From Octopus sinensis (taxonomy: Eukaryota): DNA of 24,689 nucleotides. How positions within the stretch are numbered: the stretch's first letter is position 1; the number at the start of each line of letters is the position of its first letter. A program made the position numbers and the translations under genes. Where the stretch lies: NCBI RefSeq assembly GCF_006345805.1, contig NW_021836228.1:1-24689 (forward strand), in the 5' to 3' direction. The notes beneath the pieces are model-generated. The model saw nothing but the letters and a program-made list of their open reading frames with translations. It was not told where the DNA came from and ran no database searches. Shown piece after piece: positions 8,029 through 19,977 of this stretch.

Positions 8029-11000
8029 TTAAATTTTTAAATTTACTGGTCTTGGGCCTCCCTGAACTGCACCATCATCTTTCGTGATCCTCTTGCTATT
8101 AATTTGTCCTTCCTCAGAGTATACGTTTTCTGTCACCTCATCATGTCTCCTCTTCATCGAGTTAGCTCCACTTTGGTGAGTGTTCCACACTGCATAATCT
8201 TTGTTGAGAATCAATGCTTTCGTCATTACGTCTTCGAAACCATGTTTATATTCTACGAACATTCCTTCCAACGTCTTCTTTAATGCAATCGTTTGGATGT
8301 ATGCCAGAACACTGTCTTTAATGCCAATCAAATCCATGTATATTTTAAAATACTTGGAGGTGATCGCATCCAGGGTAATGACAATCGGAAGTATTTTGAC
8401 TTTGGCTTTGTAAATGATTTCTAATTCACTTGCCAGGATATCATATTTATGAAGTTTTTCAACTTCAACTGCTTTTAAATTATCCATACACGTAACTCCA
8501 ATCTCTATTAGCCATATCTGGTTTAATTATTTGTGGTATAGAAAAATGTCCGGCTTGTTATATTGAATTTTTGATTCGGTAGAGATAGTAGTGTCAACTC
8601 GTAATTCAGCACTATCATTGGCAATTATGGTTTGGATAGAGTGAGTCTTTAACCTTTTTGATTTTTTGAATCCAAATTTTCTACATAGGTGCATGTGTAT
8701 GGATTTAACAATTTCGTTATGTCGCCTTGTATAATCGGAATTAAGCATTCTATTGCATCGAGTTGCCAAATGGTCGACCGTCTTATTAGAAGATTTGCAA
8801 TGTGGGCATTTCGAACCAAGCTCGCGGAAGAAAATATTCCTGTCCTGCAGAAGGAAGAACATGGCTTCAGATTTAGGTGAAATATTTCCTTTTACAATCC
8901 ATTTTGAGGATGTCTGTATATCGAAAGTCTCATTATCCAGTGATTCAAATAATTTTGAATGGAGAGTTTTCTTTTTAATAGCTGATAAGAGACACTCAAT
9001 CTGCAGACTCTTTAGTGTCTGTTCAATGTGATTCATATTTTATTTGCAAGAATTCTGTGATTGTGGCCATATGTGACTTTCTTTGTTGTTCAGCCCACAG
9101 AATTCCTGTACTCCTCAGAGAAGTAAATTTTCGCCTTTCCAGACTTGTTTTGAAATCAAACAACATTTTCTCAGCTTTGAAAGTGATAGATATCAATCCC
9201 CTTCCAAACATATTCCTCGGTAAGTAAAGTCTTTCTTTGCAAGCTGGTTTCATATGCACATTCAAATTCATAAGTATTTTTCTGACTAATTTATCAATTT
9301 CTTCAAATTCACAGGGTTCTAAGTCAATGAGTCCAATATAGTAATTGCACAGTGATAGAGCATGTTCATTGATTGCTTTAAATAAATTGACTGAGTTTAA
9401 TTTAGTTTCCGATAACTTTTCAATACGGTTTTGCATTTCTTCTTTAATATTTTTGAGTACGTCTTCTTTGAGTACTTTACTACATCTGTTTTCTAAAACT
9501 CCCAAATATCTGTAGCTGTCCAGACCATCCATCAATTTACCATCATTTCTTAATAGGTAACTATTTGTTGCTGATTTATCGAAATTCCTCTCCAGTCCAG
9601 ATGATTCAAAGTAATAGTTCACATCTTCCATCATCCACGCCAATGTCTCCTCTTCTTTGGACAATAGCTTCAAGTCGTCAATGAATAGGAAGTGATTTGT
9701 AGAAAAGGTTAAGGAATTAATGCCACCAGAATTTATCGATATATTTGGATATTTTGAAGATAAAAGTCTACTTAACGGATCCAAAACAAGTACAAATAAT
9801 TGGGGCGACAGAGAGTCGCCTTGGAGTATACCACGTTCTATATTAACAGTTCCCAGCTGTTTTTTTCCCAATCTCAAAGAGACTTTCCAGTTTGGAATAA
9901 TTGACATAATAAAACTAGTTATCCAATTAGGCAGTCCAGAGTTTTCGAGGATTTCAACAAGAAAGTCATGACTAACTGAGTCAAATGCTTTCTTGACGTC
10001 GATCCATGCACAAAATAATTTATTATCGTGCGCTCTGTTAACACATCTGTTTAAAAGTGCAAGTTCGTTTGCTCCTTGACAATGTCGTTTAGTTCCAAGC
10101 TGGTACTCAGTTATCAAGTTGTAAGTGTCGGCATATATTGCGATTTTTTCATTCACACACTTTGTAACCAGTTTGTAAAGACATGGCATACATGTGATCG
10201 GTCTGAGGTCCTTGGGGTCAATAGAGGTTGCTTTCTTTGGGATCAGGTAAGTGATTCCAGTATAAAACCAACTTTGCGCGTGACTAGTTCCGTTAATAAT
10301 ATTTCTGATTTCTTGAAATAAGAATTTGTGAAGAGAATCCAATTTTTTGATGAAAAAATTGTATACACAATCACATCCCGGAGCTCTCCAGTTAGGAAGA
10401 GATTCAATTAAGTTTAAAATGAACTCGTCATTGATGTCGGAGTCATGGTGCTCAGCACCAGTAACTCTCTTATTCACTCCAAAACTTAACTCATTTTTGT
10501 CCTTTTTCTTCCAGACGTCCATCCAAAATTTGAGACAATCAGATGTGTCGAAACAATCAATCAGAGCATTATCAGAGTTAGAATGGAGGTTTCTGTAGAA
10601 CGACCTTTGATTCAACTCAAACTTCCGATTATCAATTCCGTATTGTCGCCTTGAATCTGCAATAGACACCTTTTTGTTTAGGATTCGAATCTGGTCTGTG
10701 ATTGTTGTCGAGATTCTTTCAAATTCTCCCCTTTTGGATTTTTTGTAATTGTAAGAACATAAAATGTCAATGACTTTCTTATTTTCTTCGTCTTTGATAG
10801 TAGACATAAAGTATTTTGATATTAATATATTTTTTTTCAATCAAAGACTCAATTTTATTTTGTATTCTCTGCTTCCAATTCGTTTTAATTGGATCCCTCA
10901 TTGTAATTTGTTGATACACACATTGCGCGGAATATATCAGAGTTGAAATATCTTCAATACTTGTAGGTAGGTTGTTTGTTGTATATTCGATCAATGATTT

Positions 11001-11549
11001 ATTTATTATTTCGATTAACTCGTGATTTACATATTGAGACGGTATCTTCCTTGTCTGTTGCCTCGCATCGATTGTTTTAGAATTATTTGCATCAATTTGA
11101 ATTAATAATTCCTCATGCACCTTGTTGTAAAGTGCCAAATCAGGGGAATTATTATTCGTTTTATTTTCATTTTTGGAAATTTCACTTTTATTCCCGAAGA
11201 CAGAAGCGAGTTTTTTTAATTCATATATTGATTTCTTTTTTCCAAATTTGGAATCAAAATATGTAGCAATGAGCGGCCAACCTCCTCTGGGGACTCGTTT
11301 AAGACGGTCTTTGACACAAATCAATAGAGATGACATCCATTCTCCAGGGTTGGAAGATTCGATTGACTCACAAATAGCTTTCATGGGAATCAAAGTTGAA
11401 GGGGTCGGTGGGGGTCCGTAATTGCAATTGCCCGAGGCATCAGGATGACCATGAACTGTCAGGTCCACATTTTCTTGAGTTCCATTTGTTAAAATTTCTG
11501 TGGATCCGTCCATGGGAATGACTTTTTCAGACTGCGAAAAACCAACCAT
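8029..11549 (-). mobile_element. R4/Dong-like non-LTR retrotransposon A (single RT-CCHC-RLE ORF, decayed)
   Basis: RT motifs LRPITC, DVKKAFDSV, RGILQGDSLSPQLF, FIDDLKL, YRYLG and RLYLPR..GRGL. C-terminal CPHC...H...C zinc knuckle, RRHNEIV, and KPDIF...IEIG (RLE). Lesions: +1 in the T8 run at 10830-10837, a ~14-nt deletion near 9025 relative to element B, and an in-frame TAA at 8527-8529. No TSD found. Confidence 0.93.
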
Positions 11550-11875
11550 CCGTACACCACAAGAACAATCTATAACTGGTAGATAAAATAATTTTACAAC
11601 TTTATAAAATACATATAATTAAATGAACATGCGGACCCTTATCTACTTTTTCAAAATAAATTTATATAGTGAATTTAGGCTAGGTATGTATTGTTTCTAA
11701 ATGATGGTGTTCAAAGCATTGTGGTTATTATTGAATATCTGTCTGCTATGACTTTCTGTCAAAATCCGTACAATAATCTACAGTCAACCCTCTCTATAGT
11801 CAACTTCCTCTATAGTGAACAGGCCATATTAATGATATTCACAATAACAAATATTACTAATTTAAAAATGTATAA

Positions 11876-13514
11876 GTTCGTTCGTTCCCGAACAGGAGTC
11901 CAACAAGGCGACCCTCTTGGACCATTACTATTCGCCTTAGCAATCGACGAGGCTGTACGATCAATCCTTTCACCATTCAATTTATGGTACCTGGACGACG
12001 CCACCATTGGCGGCTCTGTGGAATCCATCACCGAGGACCTATCCCGCCTAATCCCTTCTCTGCGCAACCTTGGCCTGGAAGTTAACGTGGATATATCGGA
12101 AATCCTAAACCTCAACTACCATGAGGCGGATTTTCCGAATGTCAACATGTTAATCCAAGGCTTCATCACTGGTGCACAAACAACCCAGCCATCAGAAGCA
12201 ATTTTTCTTGGATGCCCTCTAAGCCCATCTGGCCTAAAGGCCCATCTGGCGAAGAAGGACATGGAATTCCGTAATCTCACAAGCAGTCTCTTGGAGTTAG
12301 ACTCGCACATCGCTCTCTTCTCATGGAAAAACAGTATATACATGCCGAAACTTCTTTACACGCTCCGCTGCCTGCCATGCTACTCGCATCCAGACATTCT
12401 GACTTACCTGGAAAAATCACTGAAATCCTGCACGGAAGCAGTTCTGAACATTTGCTTTGACGAAATCGGTTGGACACAAGCGAAACTTCCCGTCAGGTTC
12501 GGAGGGATCGGTCTTCGCTCGCCTAAAGATCTGGCCCCACATGCACACTTCTCTTCAATTTCCAGAAGCCGGCAACTTGTCAGTGAGGTTCTACTCCCCT
12601 TCAACGAACTCTCTCTGGAGTTGCCGACTGCTGACTTCCTGGAATTCTGGACCAATTCCAACCTTCAGATCCCTTCTGAGATGTCCAGACAGAGGGATTG
12701 GGACGAGATCTGGGCAGCACACTCGTTCTCCACGCTTCAACCGGCCTTGGACCAACACCGCCAAGCCTGCCTGCTTTCTGCAGCACACGAGCATAGTGGA
12801 TCCTGGCTCGACGCTTACCCAACGTCATCGACGGGATCCCTATTAGACAACGAAACACTGCGTATCGGGGTCGCTCTTCGGCTGGGGCTTGATGTCTGCG
12901 CCCCTCATCCCTGTCGATGCGGAGGTACGGTGGACGTGAAAGGCCTTCACCCCCTCTCCTGCCGCCGGAGCGCAGGCCGCTCGCCTCGCCATGGAGCAAT
13001 CAACGACGTAATATCAAGAGCTCTCAACGCTGCTGGCTTCCCCAACGTGTTTGAACCAGCCGGATTGGACAGAGGGGACGGCAAACTCCCGGACGGGATG
13101 ACCACCCTCCCATTCCGGAATGGCAATTGCCTGATCTGGGACGCCACGTGCGCAGACACGTGGTCCCCATCCGCTCTAATGTTCTCTCTTCTTCCGGCTC
13201 GGCCGCGGCCCTGGCGGAAGCCCGCAAAGTAGAAAGTACAAGAATCTTGCCACTCGGCATTCCTTCGTGCCTTGTGGCTTTTGAGACATCAGGCGCTTCC
13301 GGTCCGCTGACCTCATGCTTCTTTAAAGACCTCGGTATCCTCATTGCTCGGAGAAGATGGATGCTCGCGAGTCCTCTTGATTGAGGCAGAGGATCTCGCT
13401 CGCGATCGTGCGGGAACGCGCAAGCAATCCGCTCTGCTGGGCTATAACCCCTGAGTAAATCTATAATTAATCTGATTTGTTTCAATTAACAAAAAACGTG
13501 CATATAAAAAAAAA
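11876..13514 (+). mobile_element. 5'-truncated CRE-clade non-LTR retrotransposon (RT C-terminal half, zinc knuckle, RLE, A-tail)
   Basis: TGVQQGDPLGPLLFALAI, WYLDD, LPVRFGGIGL, LRLGLDVCAPHPCRCG...HPLSC...RHGAINDVI, KLPDGMT...WDATCADT. After several frameshifts: FETSGASG and RQRISLAIVR. A9 at 13506-13514. Codons before ~11880 in the tracked ORF 11691..13232 are flanking DNA. Confidence 0.93.
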
Positions 13515-13517
13515 GTA

Positions 13518-16500
13518 ATGATTGATATTTTGTTTAGTGGTGTAAGGATGGTTGGTTTTTCTCAGTCTGGAAAAGTCATTTCCATGGACGCATCCACAGA
13601 ATACCAAGTAAATGACGCTCAAGAAAATGTGGATTTGTCTGTTCATGGCTGTCTTAATGCCCCTGTCAAATACAATGAAACTCAGCAGCTCTCGTCAACT
13701 TTGTTATCCTTAAAAGCTATTTGTGAGTCTATTGATTCGTCCAACCCAGGAGAGTGGATGTCATCTCTTTTGAACTATGTCAAAGATCGTCTCAAGCGAG
13801 TACCTAGGGGAGGGTGGCCACTTATGGCCAGCTATTTTAATTCTAAATTTGGTAAGAAAAAATCGATATTCGAATTGAAAAAACTTGCTACTACTTTCCG
13901 CGGAAATAATGAAATCACCAAAACTGGACATAATATGAATAGAAAATTACCTGATTTGACACTGTACAACAAAATTTTTGAAGAATTATTAATTCAAATT
14001 GATCAAAATAAATCAATACCAATCGAAGAAAGGAAGCAAACAAGAAAGATTCAATCTCAGCATGTAAATCATGAAGTGATTGAAATGATTAATAAAGCCC
14101 TAATTGAATACACGTCGAATAACATTCCTGCAAGTATTGAGGATATTTCGTCTTTGATATACTCAGCACAATGTGTATATCAACAGATATCAAGTAAATT
14201 GACATTCAAGTCGAATTGGAAACAAAAAATCCAAAATAAAATTGAATCTTTGATGGAGAATGATCGGTTAATATCAAAGCATTTTATGTCCACCACTAAA
14301 GATGAGGAACGGAAGAAAGCAGTAGACATTCTCTGCTCCTACAATTATAAGAAGTCTAAAAGGGGGAGTTTGAGAGAATATCGTCTACAATAAATGATCA
14401 AATCAAAATTCTAAACAAAAAGTTATCAGTTTCAGATTCAAGAAGGCAATATGGAATAGATAATAGAAACTTCGAGTTGAACAGAAGATCGTTCTACAGA
14501 AAGCTGAATCCCAATTCTGATAACAAACAAATTGCTGGTTTTGACTCGTCTGAGTGTCTCAAGTTTTGGGGTGATGTTTGGAAGAAAAGGGATAAAACTG
14601 ATTTGGGCCTTGGAGTGAACAAAAGAGTAACTGGAGTGGAAGATAATGCACCTGACGTTAGCGACGAGTTTATATCAAACTTAATTGAGTACCTTCCTAA
14701 TTGGAAGGCTCCGGGATGTGATGCTGTGTACAATTTCTTTATCAAAAAGCTGGACTCTCTTCACAAATTTCTTTTCCAAGAGATCAGAAATATTATTAAT
14801 GGTGTCAGTCAACCACAAGGATGGTTTTACACTGGAATTACATTTTTAATCCCAAAGAAAGCAAACTCTGTTGATCCGAAGGACCTTAGACCAATTACAT
14901 GCATGCCGTGCTTATATAAATTGGTCACAAAATGTGTGAACGAAAAAATCGCTGTATATGCTGATACTTACGATCTGATAACGGAGTTCCAGTTGGGATC
15001 TAAACGCCATTGCCAAGGAGCAAAGGAATTAGCGCTTCTAAATAGACGCGTTAATGAAGTTTATGGAAACAAATTATTATGTGCATGGATCGACGTAAAG
15101 AAAGCTTTTGACTCAGTGAGTCACGAATTTCTTTTTGAAGTTTTGGAAAACTCAGGACTACCTAAATGGATAACGAAATTTATGATGTCAATAATTCCTA
15201 ACTGGAGAGTGTCGTTAAGATTAGGAAAAGAGCTGCTTGGAACAGTTAATATTGATCGTGGTATACTCCAAGGTGACTCACTGTCACCACAGTTATTTGT
15301 ATTGGTCTTGGATCCATTAAGCAGGATTTTATCTTAAAATATCCGAGTATGTCAATCAATACTGGTGAAGACAAGTCCTTAACCTTTTCTACCAATCATT
15401 TTCTATTCATCGATGATTTGAAGCTTTTTGCTCAGAAGGAAGAGACACTGGCACGCATGATGGAGGATGTGAACATTTACTTTAAACTGGCTGGTTTGGA
15501 GAAGAATTTTGAGAAATCAGCGACAAATTGTTATTTGTTGAGGAATGAAGCTACATTAATGGATGGACTAGATAGCTATCGCTATCTGGGGGTGCTAGAA
15601 GACAGATGCAGTAATGTTCTTAAAGAGGATGTACTCAAAAATATTAAAGAAGAAATGCAAAAGCGTATTGGAAGACTATCGGAAACTAAACTAAATGCAG
15701 TCAATCTATTTAGAGCAATTAATGAGCATGCTCTATCGCTGATTAACTATTATATCGGTCTACTCGATCTGGAACCATCTTGTTTCGAAGAAATGGACAA
15801 GTTTGTCAGAAAGCTGTTGGCTGATTTGAAAATTCACATGAAGCCAGCCTGTAAAGAAAGACTGTATCTGCCAAGAGATACACTTGGAAGGGGACTTGTA
15901 TCAGTTGCCTTTAAGGCGGAAAAAATGCTGTTGGACTTCAAAACCAATTTGGAAAGGCGAAAGTTAATCTCCTTGAGAAAAGCAGCAATTTTGTGGGCCG
16001 AACAGAAAAGGAAAACCCATATGGCCACAATCACAGAATTCCTGCATTGTAAATATGGAACAACCACACTCGATGAGATTGCTAAATCACTACGTGACTT
16101 GCAGATAGAGTCACTGTTGCTTAGTATTAAAAAGAAAAGGTTGCATTCGAAGCTATTTGAGTCGCTTGAGAATAATACTTTTGATATCCCAACATCTTCA
16201 ACATGGCTAAAGAAAGGGAATATATCTCCTAAATCTGAGGCAATGTTCTCTTTTCTTCAAGACAGAAACGTCTTTTTCAGAAACTCTGATGAAAAATGCC
16301 CACATTGTAAATCCTCGCCTAAAACCGTGGACCATCTTGCGACGCGATGCAGTAGAATGCTAAATTCAGATTATACCAGAAGGCATAACGAGATTGTGAG
16401 GTGTGTTCACATGCACTTGTGTCGGAGATTTGGAATGAAGAAGTCCAAGAGACTGAAAAACCACTCCGTGCAGTGTATAATGTCGAATAGCTCTGCGGAA

Positions 16501-17095
16501 ATTCGGGTCGATACTACAATTCCAACTGAACTAAAAATACAATATAACAAGCCTGATATATTCCTGTATGACAAGAAGGAAAATTTGATATGGATCATTG
16601 AAGTGGGTGTTACCTCGATAGATAATTTGAAATCGGTGGAAGTGGAAAAAATGCATAAATACGACATTCTAGCCAGTGAATTACAATTAATTCACAAGGC
16701 TAAGGTAAAGATTGTACCGATTGTCCTCACGTGGGATGGGATAGTCTCTACATTCTTCAGAAAATATATGGACCTTCTTAAAATCAAAGAAAGTGTGCAA
16801 GCATACATCCAGACTGTTGGTTTGAAAAAAACAATGGAAAGCATGATAGTAGAACACAAATTGGCTTCGAAAATATGTCTACCTCAGGTAACTCATTTGA
16901 CGAAGGACGGAATCGGTGAAGAGACGGCGAGATTCTGTAGTTTCCGCCGATGAAGGAAACAACTCCGAAGTGGGAACAGATAGCGGGAAGAGGATTCCGA
17001 GAGTAAACTTGGCGGAGCAAACTAATATGGAAAAGGAAAGTTAATTAGTTAATTAATAAATTTCAAAATTGTAAAAAAAAAATAATAAAAAATAA
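13518..17095 (+). mobile_element. R4/Dong-like non-LTR retrotransposon B, apparently full length; coding 13518/13548-17044 with four -1 frameshifts; A-rich tail to ~17095
   Basis: Collinear with element A from MVGFSQS to the C-terminus, with the same RT, CCHC and PD..EVG RLE motifs. Adding one base at ~14362-14366, ~15335, ~16861 and ~16913 gives one ORF of 1166 aa from 13548 to the TAA at 17042-17044. Confidence 0.95.
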
Positions 17096-17199
17096 AAAAA
17101 TGTATAATATCTTTATAGAATATTTTTGTGTTCACTATAAAAATAGTTGAAATTTAATATTTTTACATTGGTAATTTTAAAATTCTTTAAATGAATAAA

Positions 17200-18027
17200 T
17201 TGACGTTCTACAGGTTAGCATGGTGGGAAATCGAAAACGCCTGCCATTTTTTTTCAGAATACACACAGTGCGCCGAAATAGAATCTTCCAGTGTGAGGTT
17301 TCTCAAAAGCACTTTGGGCAAGCGAGTTGGGTTAGAGATTCTCCTCCAGGTAGTCTCCCCTTCCTGGGGCGTTATTTCTTTTTAGATAACGTGCCTGGTG
17401 AGATATTTCTGTACCAGTCTCTACCATACTTTAATTTCGAGTATTTCTATTTTTTAAAATATTCTTTAGGTGGCCTCTTTTCGTTGCACGGAACTGTAGA
17501 CTTTCTCTAAGTGAGGTTAAGATCCTCTGTCGAGATCCAATGAGGGATTCCTTTAAGGACCAAGACTGAGGCCTTCTCAGCTACTGAGGCAAGTTTATGG
17601 TTGCCTTTGCCAAACATATTCGATTGAGACAGCTCTGCTTGAAGGCAGCAGCATTAAATTTTAGAATGAAGGTGCCGGACTTCTGTAAAGTTATCCGGGC
17701 CTTGGAAGCAGTTGGCGACTTGGATAGGAGGTTAAACTCTTGATCTTTCCAAGTGCAGTGTTTTCGATACTCAGAGAATATGTGAGGTTTGAGCTGTTAG
17801 CTCAGTTGTCGTCTGATGGCATGGATCTCACTGTGTTTTGAGCCACAGTAGGGTTCGGATGTTCGGTGGGATATTCAGCTTTGATGGGTTCGCAAAAGGG
17901 CTGTGGCTTTGCCGCTGTTTGTCTTTGAACTTTGGAACAAGCTTTGATTGATGAGAATTTTGTTTATTCTTGACCATTTTTCTTTCTTTTCCTTTACCAT
18001 GGAACTGGATTCTCACAGCAACTGTAC
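17200..18027 (-). mobile_element. probable LINE 5' end with decayed ORF1 (gag-like)
   Basis: ATG at ~17977 (MVKNKQNSHQSK...), then across frameshifts SVLVLKGIPHWISTEDL (resembles the VxIxGLP...S.E.I motif of Jockey/I/R1 ORF1) and RRISNPTRLPKVLL. It ends near a possible truncated knuckle (TCRT). Confidence 0.5.
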
Positions 18028-18585
18028 AGCTGTATTTTGACAAAGGGTCGAGGCCACCAATAGAAGACCGGAAGGGACAATACATTTGCAGTCTTCAAAT
18101 GTCTTCTCCCATTGAGGTTATCAATCATCCCACAATCGGCAATTCAAGCGAGGCAAAACTTTTTGGATCGATGGACGCCATGGTCTCCTTAATTACAAGT
18201 CTCAAAACAGTACGGAAACGCTGTACAATTCTTGTTCGAAGAAGCGGATTACAGTGACATGGCAGTCACTTTTGATCCAAAGGACGAATGCTACCAAGAC
18301 GATATGACTCGTCTATACAGACAAACTCATAGTATAGATGAGAAGGACGAAATAAACAAAGGGGATGCTGCAATAGGATGTTTCGAGAGAGCAATAATTC
18401 GTTATCGCGGCCAGCAGGTGGGGAATGACATTGAGTTTTTCAAGGACTGGTTCGAACGGAACATCATCTATGATAGATACACATACTCGTATCCTATCGA
18501 GAAAGTAACAATAGCGGACATAGACTTCTATCGTGTGCTCAAGAACATCAGCCCGAGTTTTATTTTATTATATTTAAATATTTAG
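18028..18585 (+). pseudogene. unassigned frameshifted ORF (about 185 aa), possibly viral (M/P/accessory) given its position upstream of the G-like gene
   Basis: ORFs 17970..18257 and 18232..18585 overlap and appear to be one frameshifted gene. No motif recognised. Confidence 0.35.
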
Positions 18586-19289
18586 TTATGTTTATAAGGT
18601 AAAGAAATCACTAATTAAGAGGCGGAACCGCAGCCGAGAGGAGGATCGAGGAACAGTTCCCCCTTAGAACTGCGAGAGAGATGCGCTCAAAAAGCCACAT
18701 CAGTTCACGGGGGTCGTTCCTTGCCCTTCCCAATGACCTTCCGATCTTCGAGAGGAAACGGAGAGTAGACGGGCAAGTACACCGGAACTCAGCCCGAGTA
18801 TTATGGGTAACAATAGATATTTGTGAAACAGAACCGACAAGAACACAATGTCTGGTTGCGGAACAAGTCGGTAAATCTGGGTCCCCAGAAGAACCTAAGG
18901 CTTGAAGACGTCATAAAAGAGTCAAAACGTAGGAAAGGGAACTTTATAGTTCATTAAGAACGACATAATAGATCAAAGAGTTAGCGATTACAACAATTTG
19001 GCCTTTATGTTTTGTCCAGCGCATTCTGATGATATTCGAACAGAAGATCTTTTGGTTAGCTCCGCGTGGGATCATTGATCCCCAGAGAGAAGATAACGGG
19101 GAAGATTTTGTATGCAGCAGGACTTTTTTAAAGTAAGCTGCTATATTAGATACTAGAGAATAGATCGTCATCAGTGGTCCAGGACTATGACGTTATTAGG
19201 GTAACAGATGAATTTTCATTCATGCTGTGCAACTTTTTCTATGTGGAGTGCTTAATGGACGACCAGATGACTTATTGTTCTTAGACACC

Positions 19290-19965
19290 AGTTTCATCTT
19301 ATACATCGCAAAATGCTTCTGAGCCTGTATGCTTCTGAGCTTCTGCAATTACCCCTTTGCTCTGTGGGAGCCAATAGTTAAAAAGAAATGGCATAGCTAC
19401 ATGAGGCCGACTTCGGACCAATGCAAAAAAGCCATAGATATGTACAGGTCGGGTCAAATAGACAAGGGGGAAAATGTCGTGTCATATCCAGCAGTGTCAT
19501 GTGTATGGCCCAAATACGAAGCCGAATGTGCCAACATGACTTTGGTTCACTCCGTTGATTACCCTATCAACCCAATGAGTGGCAAAATCGAAGGGGACAT
19601 CTTTGAGCTGGGTGAATGTGACGAGGACTTCTGCCTCTTGAAGGAAAACAAAGGCGCATTTGTTCTTAGCCACCAGGACACATGTGTTAAAGGGACTGAA
19701 ATCTGGTTGGCTCCACTTGGCGCCAATACTTACGCGACCCGCTGGAAATCAGTGCTGACTCTAAAGAAAAGTGTTGTGCATTGTATTGTGGGGACCACTA
19801 TTGGGTCTCAGTTGAGGGAGTGATGATATTGAGAGACCCAAAGGATTGCCAGGGGATTTGCCAACATAATCCGAGATCAGTAAGTCAGGAGTGGAAAATG
19901 AAGAGCCAGGGATTGAGTACAGAAGAGAGGATGAGTTATCTATCATGCAGAATAACAAAAAAACG
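19290..19965 (+). pseudogene. endogenous rhabdovirus-like glycoprotein (class III fusion protein) fragment
   Basis: FCNY...RPTSDQCKKAIDMYRSG...YPAVSCVW...INPMSGKIEGDIFELGECDEDFC matches VSV G TCDF...TPSVEQCKESIEQTKQG...FPPQSCGY...VDEYTGEWVDSQFINGKCSNYIC in cysteine spacing. After a frameshift, YCGDHYWVSVEGV and EERMSYLSC match YCKHWGVRLPSGV and VERILDYSLC. Confidence 0.8.
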
Positions 19966-19977
19966 CTATCCTTGCGG

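Larger units (their letters stand above)
11781..17150. mobile_element. Tigger-type MITE remnant (11781-11875 and 17108-17150) hosting the CRE+R4 composite
   Basis: TA followed by cagtcaaccctctctatagtcaacttcctctatagtgaaca at 11781-11821. An inverted inner-repeat match, tgttcactataaaaatagttga, lies at 17129-17150; the outer right TIR is not found. Confidence 0.6.

Noticed and set aside
11550-11720. HDV-like ribozyme at the 5' end of element A (or B at ~13515)
   Set aside because: The sequence is too AT-rich and no nested double pseudoknot could be built.
8201-16667. Many short ORFs antisense or alternate-frame to the RT elements (e.g. 9720..9971, 12601..12999, 14494..14745)
   Set aside because: They are shadows of the long retroelement ORFs with no independent motifs.
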